Shown in pieces: positions 47,182-57,035 of a DNA stretch of 60,057 bases (positions within the stretch are counted from its first letter, which is position 1; every line of letters begins with the position of its first letter). The translations under genes and the position numbers were made by a program. The stretch is from an uncultured Muribaculaceae bacterium (GTDB taxonomy: Bacteria > Bacillota_I > Bacilli_A > RF39 > UBA660): the NCBI GenBank assembly GCA_964453925.1, contig CAYVPV010000003.1, forward strand, positions 1-60,057, read 5' to 3'. The notes below the pieces were generated by a model, which worked only from the letters and a program-made list of their open reading frames with translations, did no database searches and was not told the DNA's origin.

Positions 47182-47664
47182 ATGTCAGGAAGTTTAAAAG
47201 ATATTTTTGAAAAATTAAAAAATGAAAATATTATAGAAGGTGAGTATTCTAATTTGGAGTCTTATTTTGAATTGAGACAAAATAATAACGTACAAAAAGA
47301 CACTAAGGCAGATTTTATAGAGTTTTCTAAGGATTTATCTAATGAACTATATGATATAAAACAAAAGTATTTTAAAGAAGAATACCATACCATTAATCAT
47401 TGGATACATAATTATTTGTTAGCAAAAGAATATTATAAAACCTATGGTACTTTAATAACTAATGTAGGTGAGGTATATGAAACACATGGTTTTAGTTTGA
47501 AAATAGATGATTGGCTTATTAGACAAAGAACTTTGTACAGAAATAACCAGTTGCGTGAAAATCAGATTAAACTTCTTGACGAAATAGAAATGGTTTGGGA
47601 TTTAAATCGAAGAGAATATAAAGATAAGTCGGAAAGTGATGAAGCAAAGAAAAAAAGTGCATAA
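47182..47664 (+). CDS. Helicase-associated (HA) domain-containing protein
   Basis: W..N..LAKEYYKTYG......G..L..WL..QR...R...L...Q...L..I...W pattern. Confidence 0.5.
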   Translation: MSGSLKDIFEKLKNENIIEGEYSNLESYFELRQNNNVQKDTKADFIEFSKDLSNELYDIKQKYFKEEYHTINHWIHNYLLAKEYYKTYGTLITNVGEVYETHGFSLKIDDWLIRQRTLYRNNQLRENQIKLLDEIEMVWDLNRREYKDKSESDEAKKKSA

Positions 47665-47678
47665 GAAACAATTTAATA

Positions 47679-48212
47679 ATGCATACTATTATTGGTGATA
47701 TTATGTATTATTTAAATTGTTTTTTTATATATTCTATACTTGGTCATGTTCTTGAAACAATAACTGCTTTAGTTTCTGGTAATGGTTTTAAAAGTGGAAT
47801 ATTAAGTGGATGGTGGACACCTGTTTATGGTATTGGTGCGGTAACAATTCTTTTTGTTTCAGAATATTTGTTTAAGAACCTTCATATGCATAGGTTTTGG
47901 GAAACTATTATTATGTTTTTTGTAGTTGGAATAGTATTATCAACGTTAGAAGCCTTAGGCGGCGTTTTAATAGAAAAAATATTTGGTATAGTATTCTGGG
48001 ATTATTCACAGCAAAAATTTCACATAGGACATTATATATCACTTGAAATGACTCTTGTTTGGGGTGTTGCTAGTGTTATATTTATATATATTATTCACCC
48101 ACTTCTTAAAGGCCTAATAAAGAAAATTCCAACGTGGGTTACGATTATTTTAATCATTTTGTTTGTTTTAGATTGTACCAAGACATTTATTCAGAGGAAA
48201 GATAATAAATAA
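47679..48212 (+). CDS. CmpB-like putative ABC-transporter type IV membrane protein
   Basis: YYLNCFFIYSILGHVLETI...WWTPVYGIGAV...WDYSQQKFHIGHYISL pattern. Start may be the ATG at 47704. Confidence 0.65.
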   Translation: MHTIIGDIMYYLNCFFIYSILGHVLETITALVSGNGFKSGILSGWWTPVYGIGAVTILFVSEYLFKNLHMHRFWETIIMFFVVGIVLSTLEALGGVLIEKIFGIVFWDYSQQKFHIGHYISLEMTLVWGVASVIFIYIIHPLLKGLIKKIPTWVTIILIILFVLDCTKTFIQRKDNK

Positions 48213-48261
48213 AAATACTTTTTGCTTTTAATCGTATTTTATTTTTCCATAAAAAAAGAAC

Positions 48262-48531
48262 TTGACAAGGGGCTTATGCTACAATAATTCATATTCAAAT
48301 GAACAGGGGGAAAGAAAAAAAGTTTATCAAACGATAGGTGACGTAAAAAGAACTTATGCTTGTAAGAATGTAAACGCAGTATATTTATTTAAGGATGAAG
48401 CACAATTATTATCTCTTACAAATAAATTAACTGCTGATGAACTAAAAAAAGCTCAAGACGGGACCTTTACTGATGAAGATGCATTAGTAATTCAACAAAG
48501 AATAGCTAATGACGCAAAAACATTAGGATAA
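48262..48531 (+). CDS. Hypothetical protein with unresolved start (frameshift or -1 slippage candidate)
   Basis: The long ORF has no in-frame ATG or GTG and no SD, and its listed TTG coincides with a TTGACA box. ATG at 48299 in the +1 frame reaches it through A_AAA_AAG at 48316-48322. Confidence 0.4.
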   Translation: MTRGLCYNNSYSNEQGERKKVYQTIGDVKRTYACKNVNAVYLFKDEAQLLSLTNKLTADELKKAQDGTFTDEDALVIQQRIANDAKTLG

Positions 48532-48533
48532 AT

Positions 48534-48563
48534 AAAAAGAAATCTTTGATTAGATTTCTTTTT
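48534..48563. terminator. Bidirectional terminator between the 48262 ORF and clpP
   Basis: AAAAAGAAATCT-ttgatt-AGATTTCTTTTT. Confidence 0.8.
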
Positions 48564-49131
48564 ATAATATCTTATCTATTAGACCATATTCTAAGGCTTC
48601 TTTAGCGGTTAGATAGTGGTCTCTTTCGGTATCCTTTTCTATTGTTTCTATATTTTGACACGTTTTATCTGCAAGAATTAAATTTAGCTTATTTCTTAAA
48701 TAAAGAATTCTATCGGCAACAATTTTTATTTCGGTTGCTTGACCATTTACTCCGCCCAATGGTTGGTGTATCATTACCTCACTATTAGGTAATATGTATC
48801 TTTTACTCTTTTCTCCACTAGCAAGTAATACTGAAGCCATAGATGCAGCCATACCTACACAAATCGTAGAAATAGGACTTTTAACAAAATTCATGGTATC
48901 ATAGATGGCCATTCCAGCGGTTATGCTACCACCAGGACTATTTATGTAAATACTAATTTCATCATTTGATTGCGAATCTAAAAATAATAATTGACTAATA
49001 ACTGCATTAGCTAAATCATCATCTATTTCTCCACCAATGAAAATTATTCTATCTTTGAGTAACCTAGAATATATGTCATATACCCTCTCACCGTTATGTG
49101 TTTTTTCAATAACGCTTGGAATTAAATTCAT
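48562..49131 (-). CDS. clpP: ATP-dependent Clp protease proteolytic subunit
   Basis: [17 protein letters not shown] (catalytic Ser), MIHQPLGG. Confidence 0.97.
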   Translation of the reverse strand: MNLIPSVIEKTHNGERVYDIYSRLLKDRIIFIGGEIDDDLANAVISQLLFLDSQSNDEISIYINSPGGSITAGMAIYDTMNFVKSPISTICVGMAASMASVLLASGEKSKRYILPNSEVMIHQPLGGVNGQATEIKIVADRILYLRNKLNLILADKTCQNIETIEKDTERDHYLTAKEALEYGLIDKIL

Positions 49132-49242
49132 ATTTTTATCACCCTAATAATATTATGTATAGTATATTTATATTTATTATCAAAATATTGTGACTTTTTC
49201 TTACATTTTTGGTAGAATGTTATTAGAATAAAGGGTGATAAA

Positions 49243-50901
49243 ATGGCTACTGTTAAAATTAGATACAAAGATAAACAATATGATTTTGAAAAAGGCACTT
49301 CTTTATTAGAAATGTCAAAAGAATTTCAAAAAGATTTTAAAGATAAAATAATAGTTGCAACCATAAATAATCGTTTGGTTAATTTAGATAGCAAAGTAAC
49401 TAGAAACGTAGATGTAGACTTTTTTGATGTGTTTAGTGTCTTAGGAAGTAGGACATACATTAGGGGATTATATTTTTTATTTATAACCGCAGTTCGTGAT
49501 GTTCTTAATTGCGATGTTAAGTTAATGTATTTTGTGGATAAAGGGATATATTGTGAAATTTTAACCAATAACTTAATTTCAGAGGTGACGGTAGAAAAAA
49601 TCAAAATAAGAATGAGAGAGCTTTTTGAAAGTAGTATTCCCATAACAAAAATAATGGTTTCAAGATTAGACGCAATAGATTATTTTACAAAGGTAAACCA
49701 GCCTGATAAAGCAGAATCTTTAAGATTTATTAGTAATGCTACCATTAGTCTTTATAAGTTAGATGATACTTTAGATTATTTTTATGGAATATTACCATGT
49801 AATACAAATTACATTAACAGATTTAATCTTAAGTATTTAAAAGAAAACAAAGTTATTTTACTTCCTCCTTGTAAGTACACTATCGATGAAAAAATACGTT
49901 TTGATAAAAATGAAGGATTAATAAAATCCGTTGAAAAACAAGCTAAATATTTAGAAAATATAAAAATAAATACGTCAGTTGAACTTAATAATACTATTTC
50001 AACAGGAGATTATGGAGACATAATAAGAATATCTGAGGCTGTACAAAATAATGAGTTGTTTGATATTGTAACTAAAATAACTAGAAATAAAGATTTAAAG
50101 ATCGTTTTAATAACGGGGCCTTCCTCATCTGGTAAAACTACTACTTCCAAAAAATTATCTTTATTTTTAAGAAGCAGGGGCTTTGAACCTATTCCTATTT
50201 CAGTAGATGATTTTTATACCGATATGAAAGACCGGGTATTAGATGAAAATGGTAATCCAGAAATAGAAAAAATAGAAGCTTTTGATACTAATCAGTTTAA
50301 TAAAAAAATATCAGAGTTACTAAATGGAAAAGAAGTTATATTACCAAAGTTTGATTTTATAGATGGAAAACAAATATTTAGTGATAAAAATAAAACTAAA
50401 ATGAATAGTAATAGTATTTTAATTATAGAGGGAATTCATGCGTTTAATGAGAAGTTAACAGAAATGATACCTGAGAAAAATAAATTTAAAATATTTATAT
50501 GTCCGTTAACTCCTTTAAACATAGATAATCATAATTTATTTAAGGCAACAGATAATAGGTTGTTAAGAAGAATCGTAAGGGATAACAGAACCAGAGGTGC
50601 TTCGGCTTCTAGTACGCTTAAAATGTGGAAAAAAGTAAGACAAATAGAGGAAGAAATGATTTTACCTTATATGAAAGAAGCGGATTCGGTGTTTAATACA
50701 TCTTTAGTATATGAGCTGGGGGTACTTAAAACTTATGCAGAACCTTTATTATTCTCTGTAGCAGAAGATGATCCTAATTATGATGATGCGCTTAGATTAA
50801 TAAATATTTTTAGGGTTATTTTGGGAATACCTAGTGATGATGTTCCAAATGATTCTATAATTAGAGAATTTATTGGTGGAAGTTGTTTTAAAGACTTATA
50901 A
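49243..50901 (+). CDS. Uridine-kinase/PRK-family nucleoside kinase with an N-terminal TGS/ThrRS-like region
   Basis: P-loop ITGPSSSGKTTTSKKL, IIEGIHAFN, and RRIVRDNRTRG in the C-terminal half. The N-terminal roughly 270 aa resemble the ThrRS N-terminal additional domain. Confidence 0.65.
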   Translation: MATVKIRYKDKQYDFEKGTSLLEMSKEFQKDFKDKIIVATINNRLVNLDSKVTRNVDVDFFDVFSVLGSRTYIRGLYFLFITAVRDVLNCDVKLMYFVDKGIYCEILTNNLISEVTVEKIKIRMRELFESSIPITKIMVSRLDAIDYFTKVNQPDKAESLRFISNATISLYKLDDTLDYFYGILPCNTNYINRFNLKYLKENKVILLPPCKYTIDEKIRFDKNEGLIKSVEKQAKYLENIKINTSVELNNTISTGDYGDIIRISEAVQNNELFDIVTKITRNKDLKIVLITGPSSSGKTTTSKKLSLFLRSRGFEPIPISVDDFYTDMKDRVLDENGNPEIEKIEAFDTNQFNKKISELLNGKEVILPKFDFIDGKQIFSDKNKTKMNSNSILIIEGIHAFNEKLTEMIPEKNKFKIFICPLTPLNIDNHNLFKATDNRLLRRIVRDNRTRGASASSTLKMWKKVRQIEEEMILPYMKEADSVFNTSLVYELGVLKTYAEPLLFSVAEDDPNYDDALRLINIFRVILGIPSDDVPNDSIIREFIGGSCFKDL

Positions 50902-50933
50902 ATGGTACAATATAAATATAGGATGGTGATGAA

Positions 50934-51941
50934 ATGAAAATAAAAGTTGCAATAAATGGATTTGGAAGAATTGGAAGGTTAGTATTTAGAATAATGCAGG
51001 AAGATCCTTGTTTTGACGTTGTTGCAATAAACGATTTAACGGATGCAGAGCAACTTGCGTATTTACTAAAGTACGATACTTCTCATAGAAGATATAGAGA
51101 AAATGAGATTTCAAATGATGAAGAAAATATTATAATTAATGGTAAAAAAATAAGAATTTATGCTGAAGCGGACCCTTCTAAATTACCATGGAAGGATTTG
51201 GATATAGATATTGTCTTTGAATGTACTGGTTTTTTCACTAGTAAAGAAAAGGCCGAAGCACATATAAAGGCTGGTGCTAAAAAAGTTATAATATCTGCGC
51301 CTGCTAAGGGAGATTTGAAAACGATCGTATATAATGTAAATCATGAGTCTTTAACTGGTGAAGAAAAAGTAATTAGCGCTGCTAGTTGTACAACTAATTG
51401 TTTAGCGCCAGTAATGAAGTTATTATGTGATAACTATGGGGTAGAAAAGGGTTTTATGACAACGGTTCATGCGTACACGAATGATCAATCAACCCTTGAT
51501 GTTGCGCATAAAAAAGGTCATATGGCTCGCCGTGGACGTGCTGCAGCAGCAAATATTGTTCCATCATCAACAGGGGCAGCAAGTGCAATTGGTCTTGTAA
51601 TTCCGGAATTAAAAGGGAAATTAGATGGTACTGCAATGCGTGTTCCAGTAACAACTGGTTCGGTTGTTGATTTAACATTAGAATTAAGTAAAAAAGTAAC
51701 CATAGATGAGTTAAATGCTTTATTTAAAAATAATCAAAATGAAACTTTAAAGTATACCGAAGATCCAATTGTTTCAAGTGATACCATTGGGATAATTTGT
51801 GGTTCTTTGGTTGATGGGCTTTTGACTAACATAGTTGATGTGGATGGTAAACAATTAGTTAAAGTTGTTGCATGGTATGATAATGAGATGAGTTATTCTG
51901 CTCAAATGGTTAGAACAGCTAAATATTTTGCAAATAAATAA
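50934..51941 (+). CDS. gap: Type I glyceraldehyde-3-phosphate dehydrogenase
   Basis: INGFGRIGR and [10 protein letters not shown] active site. Confidence 0.97.
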   Translation: MKIKVAINGFGRIGRLVFRIMQEDPCFDVVAINDLTDAEQLAYLLKYDTSHRRYRENEISNDEENIIINGKKIRIYAEADPSKLPWKDLDIDIVFECTGFFTSKEKAEAHIKAGAKKVIISAPAKGDLKTIVYNVNHESLTGEEKVISAASCTTNCLAPVMKLLCDNYGVEKGFMTTVHAYTNDQSTLDVAHKKGHMARRGRAAAANIVPSSTGAASAIGLVIPELKGKLDGTAMRVPVTTGSVVDLTLELSKKVTIDELNALFKNNQNETLKYTEDPIVSSDTIGIICGSLVDGLLTNIVDVDGKQLVKVVAWYDNEMSYSAQMVRTAKYFANK

Positions 51942-51968
51942 GCACTGGATAAAATCTAGTGTTTTTTT
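51942..51968 (+). terminator. Rho-independent terminator after gap
   Basis: CACTGGAT-aaa-ATCTAGTG stem (one G-U pair) followed by TTTTTTT. Confidence 0.75.
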
Positions 51969-52018
51969 AAAACAAACGTGTTATAATAGTAGCATAAAAG
52001 TAGAAAGTGGTGATTTTC

Positions 52019-53311
52019 ATGGATGATAATTACTCAAGTGAATATGAAACTGGTGAAAAGAAAAAGTTCCAAATTACTAGAGGTATGGTTATTTTAGCCG
52101 TCATAATAATGGTTGTAATAATAATTGTTATTGTAATTATTGTTAACGCTGTAAATAGTAAAAAACCAGAATATACCACTGCGGATTTTACTAAACTTGA
52201 ATCTAGAATGGAAGAAGAAGCTATGACTTATCTTTCTCAAAATAGTATTGAGTTAACTAGCGAAGAAGTCAAAATAGATTTAAAAAACTTATTATTAGAA
52301 AATGGAGGTTCAATTGATTCTAGCAAAGTAAAAGCCGCAAAAATTTGTGAGGGATATGTTTTAGCTTCTAAAATAGAAACGGAAAATTATAAAGCTTATA
52401 TAAAATGTAAGGATTTATATACCACCAGCGGGTATGTTAGTAATGATAAAAAAAACACAACTAAAAAAATTACTACTAAAAATGATACCGAAAAACCGGT
52501 TATAACGCTCATTGGTGAAAAAGAAATCACAATTAATCAGGGTAGTGATTATGTTGATGCAGGAGCAAAGGCCACTGATAACATCGATGGTGATATAACT
52601 TCAAAAATAAAAATAGAAAACAATGTAGATATTAGTGAAAGTGGTTCATATACCGTTACATATACAGTAAGTGATAATGCGGGAAATATTGCTAAAGAAA
52701 CAAGAAAAGTAATTGTTGTTTCGGTTCCAACAACTACCATAGCACCGAAAACTACAACGACAAAAAGATCAGGAGGGGTTGCTACAACCACCAGACCAAG
52801 AATAACAACGACAACAAAAATTACTACACCTCCTACTATAACTTTAAATGGAAGTTCATACATTACCATGAATGCTGGTTCTAAGTATACAGACCCTGGG
52901 TATTCTGCTAAAGATGCTAAAGGAAACGATATAACCGCTCGCGTTAATGTTTCTGGTAGCGTTAATACCAATGTAGCTGGTACGTATACGATAAAGTATT
53001 CAGTAACGGATTCCTATGGTAATAGTGCATCAAAAACTAGAACAATTAAAGTTAATTCTAATTATATTTCCCTTCAGGGAATTACCTTAACACCTAATTC
53101 GTTTAGTTTAAGTGTTGGCGGAACTAAAAAAATAGAGGTATATTTTAATCCTACTAGCGCTACAAACAAGACTGTTACTTGGAGTAGTTCTAATCCATCC
53201 GTTGCAACCGTAAGTAATGGCGTGGTACAAGCTAAATCAAAGGGTACAGCTACGATAACCGTAACAGGTGCTGATGGTAAAAAAGCAAGTGCCAGTGTAA
53301 TTGTAAAATAG
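52019..53311 (+). CDS. Membrane-anchored surface protein with two DUF5011-type Ig-like domains and one Big_2 domain
   Basis: TM helix (VILAVIIMVVIIIVIVIIV). Two repeats of P.ITL.G.....G..Y.D.G..A.D..G.DIT..V.....V......G.Y...Y.V.D..GN separated by Thr-rich linkers. C-terminal Big_2 (VTWSSSNPSVATVSNGVVQAKSKGTATITV). Own extended -10 (TGtTATAAT at 51979-51987). Confidence 0.8.
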   Translation: MDDNYSSEYETGEKKKFQITRGMVILAVIIMVVIIIVIVIIVNAVNSKKPEYTTADFTKLESRMEEEAMTYLSQNSIELTSEEVKIDLKNLLLENGGSIDSSKVKAAKICEGYVLASKIETENYKAYIKCKDLYTTSGYVSNDKKNTTKKITTKNDTEKPVITLIGEKEITINQGSDYVDAGAKATDNIDGDITSKIKIENNVDISESGSYTVTYTVSDNAGNIAKETRKVIVVSVPTTTIAPKTTTTKRSGGVATTTRPRITTTTKITTPPTITLNGSSYITMNAGSKYTDPGYSAKDAKGNDITARVNVSGSVNTNVAGTYTIKYSVTDSYGNSASKTRTIKVNSNYISLQGITLTPNSFSLSVGGTKKIEVYFNPTSATNKTVTWSSSNPSVATVSNGVVQAKSKGTATITVTGADGKKASASVIVK

Positions 53312-53333
53312 GAAATTAATTTTCCTGTTTTTT
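53311..53333 (+). terminator. Rho-independent terminator
   Basis: GGAAA-ttaat-TTTCC followed by TGTTTTTT. Confidence 0.6.
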
Positions 53334-53394
53334 GTTTTCCACAATATACTTTACTGACGCATGGGAATATGATGTTATCAATGTATAAGATATA
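53332..53394. repeat. Intergenic motif copy B
   Basis: See 39625-39690. It shares the exact 12-mer TTGTTTTCCACA and the ordered blocks TGAC, ATGGG, ATGAT, TTATCAA. Confidence 0.55.
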
Positions 53395-53605
53395 CCAATT
53401 TTAAAATTTATATATTACTTGTTAGATTTAAGTACTTTTAATATCATTAAATAAAGGTAAAAGTGTTTAAATAAATTTTGTGGTGTGTGAATTCTAACCA
53501 CCACTAGATTTATGCTGTGGTTTTATTGATATTGTGACATTTTTGTAATATAAATTTAATTCCTATTTTTTACTCTATCGTGTTATAATTAAAATGGAGG
53601 CTATT

Positions 53606-54790
53606 ATGAAGAAAATAATAACTGATTTTGATTTAAAGGGTAAAAAAGTAATAATTAGATGTGATTTAAATGTTCCTATTGAAAACGGAGTTATTTTAGA
53701 TGATAATAGAATAAAAGAGAGTTTAAGCACAATTAAATATGCAATAGAAAATAATGCAAAGATTATTTTATTATCCCATTTAGGTAGAGTAAAAACCGAA
53801 GAAGATAAATTAATTAATGATTTAAAGCCTGTTGCGAATAGATTATCTGAATTATTAAATAAAAAAGTTATATTTGTTAATGAAACACGTGGAAAAGTTC
53901 TCGAAAGTTTTATTAACAATATGGATGAAAAAGATATTATATTGGTACAGAATACAAGGTATGAAGACTTTCCAGATAACAAAGAAAGTTCTAATGATAT
54001 AAATTTAGGAAAATACTGGGCTAGTTTGGGAGACATATTCATTAATGATGCTTTTGGAACGGCACATAGAGCTCACGCCTCAAACGTGGGAATTGCAAAT
54101 CATTTACCATCAGGTGTTGGCTTCTTAGTTCAAAAAGAACTAGATATGTTAGGAGGCTTATTAGATAATCCAAAAAGACCTTATGTTGCTATAATAGGCG
54201 GCGCAAAAATGAAAGATAAGATTAAGGTTATGGATAAATTAATAGAAAAAGCTGATTACATTCTTTTAGGTGGAGGAATCGCAAATACTTTTTTAGTTGC
54301 AAAGGGAATAGATGTTAAAGCTTCAGTATATGACGAAGAAAGCGTAGAACATGCTAGAATGTTACTTTCTAAGCATAAAGAAAAGATAATCTTGCCACTT
54401 GATGGATATGGTTCAAATGAATATAAAGATGGGTTGGAAGTTTATTATTCAAATGTAGATAATATTAAAGATGACATGATGGTGCTAGACTTAGGTCCAA
54501 AGACACTTGAATTATATAAAAAATATTTAACTGATTGTAAAACGGTTTTTTGGAATGGGCCAATTGGTGTTAATTATTTTAAAAACTTTGAATATGGAAC
54601 AAAAACGCTTTGTGAAATATTAAAAAACATTGATGCTAAAGTTGTAGTTGGTGGAGGAGATTCTGCTGCTGCGGTTATAAGCTTTGGATATAAAGATGAT
54701 TTTGATCATATATCAACTGGTGGCGGTGCATCACTAGAATTTATTGAGGGAAAAGTATTACCAGGGATAGATGTGGTAGAAGATAAATAG
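53606..54790 (+). CDS. pgk: Phosphoglycerate kinase
   Basis: RCDLNVP, SHLGRV, GGGDSAAAV. The ATG at 53606 lies 5 nt after GGAGG. Confidence 0.97.
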   Translation: MKKIITDFDLKGKKVIIRCDLNVPIENGVILDDNRIKESLSTIKYAIENNAKIILLSHLGRVKTEEDKLINDLKPVANRLSELLNKKVIFVNETRGKVLESFINNMDEKDIILVQNTRYEDFPDNKESSNDINLGKYWASLGDIFINDAFGTAHRAHASNVGIANHLPSGVGFLVQKELDMLGGLLDNPKRPYVAIIGGAKMKDKIKVMDKLIEKADYILLGGGIANTFLVAKGIDVKASVYDEESVEHARMLLSKHKEKIILPLDGYGSNEYKDGLEVYYSNVDNIKDDMMVLDLGPKTLELYKKYLTDCKTVFWNGPIGVNYFKNFEYGTKTLCEILKNIDAKVVVGGGDSAAAVISFGYKDDFDHISTGGGASLEFIEGKVLPGIDVVEDK

Positions 54791-54799
54791 GAGAATAGA

Positions 54800-55825
54800 A
54801 TGAAAAGCAAAAAAGTAAATTTATTTATTCTTTTTATTGCACTTGTTTTAGTACTTTATTTTACTCTTAAAGATGATTTTAGCGGAATAATTAAAGAATT
54901 AAAAAACGTCAATCCTTGGTTGTTCATTTTATCTATATTAATTGTATTAATATCTTTATTATTTAAATCAGCTTCACTTAAAATATTCATAAATGAATAT
55001 AAAAAAGAATATTCACTAAAAAAATCATATTCCTTAACTTTAATAGGTCAGTTTTTAAATGGTATAACACCTTTTCAATCAGGTGGGCAACCATTTCAAG
55101 TATATTTGCTAAAAAAAGATGGGGTCAGAATATCTGATTCAACAAACGCCATGATAAAGGATTTTGTCGCTTTTCAAAGTGCTTTAATACTAATTGGCAT
55201 TTTTGCAATTTTAATTAATTTTAAGGTTAATGTATTTTCAAAAAACATATACTTAAACGGTCTTATATTTTTAGGTTTTGCAATTAATACTATTGTGTTA
55301 ATATTACTTTTAACGTTTTCCTTAGCAAAGAAAACAGGATTTAAATTAGCTAATAAACTAATAGAAATTTTATTTAAACTTAAAATAGTAAAAAAACTAA
55401 ATATAACTGAAGATAAGATAAATGAGAGTTTAAAATATTTTTATAAAACTGGAACAGAACTTAAGAAAAATAAACTAGAGCTTTTTAAAGGTATTATATA
55501 TAATATAATCCACTTGGTGTTACTTTATTTAATACCGTTATTTATATTTAAATCTATGGGTTCGAACGAAGTTTCTGTTTTAGGATCAGTCGTAGCTGTA
55601 GCCTTCGTAATGCTCATAGGTAATTTTATTCCAATTCCAGGCGCAACTGGTGGTATAGAATATAGCTTTTTACAATTTTTTGGAAGTTTTTCTAAGGGAA
55701 CTATTTTATTGGGTGCTATGCTACTATGGAGATTGGTTACTTACTTTATACCTATGATAATAGGATTTATTACATTAACATTAAAAAAGGAAGTGAAAAA
55801 AAATGAGAATAGGGCTTTTTACTGA
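54800..55825 (+). CDS. Flippase-like (UPF0104 / lysyl-PG synthase TM region) membrane protein
   Basis: About 8 TM helices with LTLIGQFLNGITPFQSGGQPFQVYLL and IPIPGATGGIEY motifs typical of the family. Confidence 0.7.
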   Translation: MKSKKVNLFILFIALVLVLYFTLKDDFSGIIKELKNVNPWLFILSILIVLISLLFKSASLKIFINEYKKEYSLKKSYSLTLIGQFLNGITPFQSGGQPFQVYLLKKDGVRISDSTNAMIKDFVAFQSALILIGIFAILINFKVNVFSKNIYLNGLIFLGFAINTIVLILLLTFSLAKKTGFKLANKLIEILFKLKIVKKLNITEDKINESLKYFYKTGTELKKNKLELFKGIIYNIIHLVLLYLIPLFIFKSMGSNEVSVLGSVVAVAFVMLIGNFIPIPGATGGIEYSFLQFFGSFSKGTILLGAMLLWRLVTYFIPMIIGFITLTLKKEVKKNENRAFY

Positions 55826-57035
55826 TACATATCCCCCTTTTATAAATGGTGTGTCAACAAGCGTTTTAATGTTAAAACAAGGTTTGGAAAAAATGGGACA
55901 TGAAGTTTATGTTGTAACAGTTAATAATGAATCTTTCTCGTATAAAAAGGAGGATAATGTTCTTAGGATACCTGGGTTTCCAATTGGGATTATGGATTTT
56001 AGACAATCAGGTATTTACCCTCTTAGAGCTTTAAAAATAATAAAAAAGTGGAATCTTGACGTAATTCATACACATACTGAATTTAGTATTGGTGCATTTG
56101 CAAGGCTTATATCCAAACAGTATAATATCCCACTTGTACATACTTATCATACAATGTATGAAGAATATATTTATTATATAACAAAAGGATACTTCGATAG
56201 TGCATCCAAAAAGTTAGTTGAGTATTTAACATTATTCTTGTGTGATAAAACAATTGATGAACTTATAGTTCCAACCGAGAAAACAAAATGTTTATTTAAG
56301 GAAAAGTATAAAGTAAAAAGAGATGTTCACGTAATTCCGTCTGGTATAGATGTTACAAGGTTCTATAAAGAAAACATAAATAATTTGGAAATAAAAAAAT
56401 TAAAAGAAGAACTTGGTATAAAACCTAGAGATTTTTCTATTCTTTATGTTGGTCGTGTTGCAAAAGAAAAAAACATTGAATTTTTAATTAGAAATTTTAA
56501 AACTATATCTAAAAAAATTTCTAAAGCAAAAATGTATATAGTTGGAGATGGACCTGACATGAATGATTTAATTGATTTAGCTTATAAAAATAAACTTGAA
56601 AGTAAGATTATTTTTATAGGTAAAGTTCCATGGGAAGATGTTCCTAAATATTATGCAATATGTGATTTATTTGTAACGGCATCAACAAGTGAAACTCAAG
56701 GATTAACGGTAATAGAGGCAATGGCAGCCTCAAAGCCTGTAGTTGCAATAAAAGACGAAAGTTTTGAGTTGGTTGTTGATAATGGTAAAGATGGCTTGTT
56801 GTTTGAAGATGAAAAAGAATACACGGATTTAGTGTATAAATTATATAGAGATAAAGAATTTTATAAAAGCGTTAAGATTGCTGCTAGAAAAAAGGCAAAT
56901 TATTATAGTGCCATAAATTATGCGTCAAGTGTTTATAAAATATATGAAAAAGTAGTTAATAAAGACACGAATATTTTTAAAAAGGCGATTCATGGTGTTA
57001 AAAATGTTTTAGAAAAAGGCGGTGGCAAAAGTTGA
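55803..57035 (+). CDS. GT4-family glycosyltransferase (glycolipid synthase-like)
   Basis: MRIGLFTDTYPPFINGVST N-terminus and the E-x7-E region ETQGLTVIEAMA. Confidence 0.85.
   Translation: MRIGLFTDTYPPFINGVSTSVLMLKQGLEKMGHEVYVVTVNNESFSYKKEDNVLRIPGFPIGIMDFRQSGIYPLRALKIIKKWNLDVIHTHTEFSIGAFARLISKQYNIPLVHTYHTMYEEYIYYITKGYFDSASKKLVEYLTLFLCDKTIDELIVPTEKTKCLFKEKYKVKRDVHVIPSGIDVTRFYKENINNLEIKKLKEELGIKPRDFSILYVGRVAKEKNIEFLIRNFKTISKKISKAKMYIVGDGPDMNDLIDLAYKNKLESKIIFIGKVPWEDVPKYYAICDLFVTASTSETQGLTVIEAMAASKPVVAIKDESFELVVDNGKDGLLFEDEKEYTDLVYKLYRDKEFYKSVKIAARKKANYYSAINYASSVYKIYEKVVNKDTNIFKKAIHGVKNVLEKGGGKS

Noticed and set aside
48262-48286. TTGACA...TACAAT as the promoter of the 48262 ORF.
   Set aside because: The spacer is only 12 nt, too short for a sigma-A promoter. 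It is noted only because it coincides with the nominal TTG start.
53581-53589. TGtTATAAT extended -10 immediately upstream of pgk as its promoter.
   Set aside because: It would place the transcription start inside the SD (GGAGG at 53596-53600). It may still be real (near-leaderless), but I do not report it as a feature.
53312-53593. Cluster of imperfect DnaA-box-like 9-mers (TTTTCCACA, TGTGGTGTG, TGTGGTTTT) considered as a replication origin.
   Set aside because: There are no consensus boxes in an array, no adjacent dnaA/dnaN, and no obvious AT-rich unwinding repeats distinct from the background. parAB, ssb and dnaB are present in the window but the rnpA-dnaA-dnaN cluster is not.
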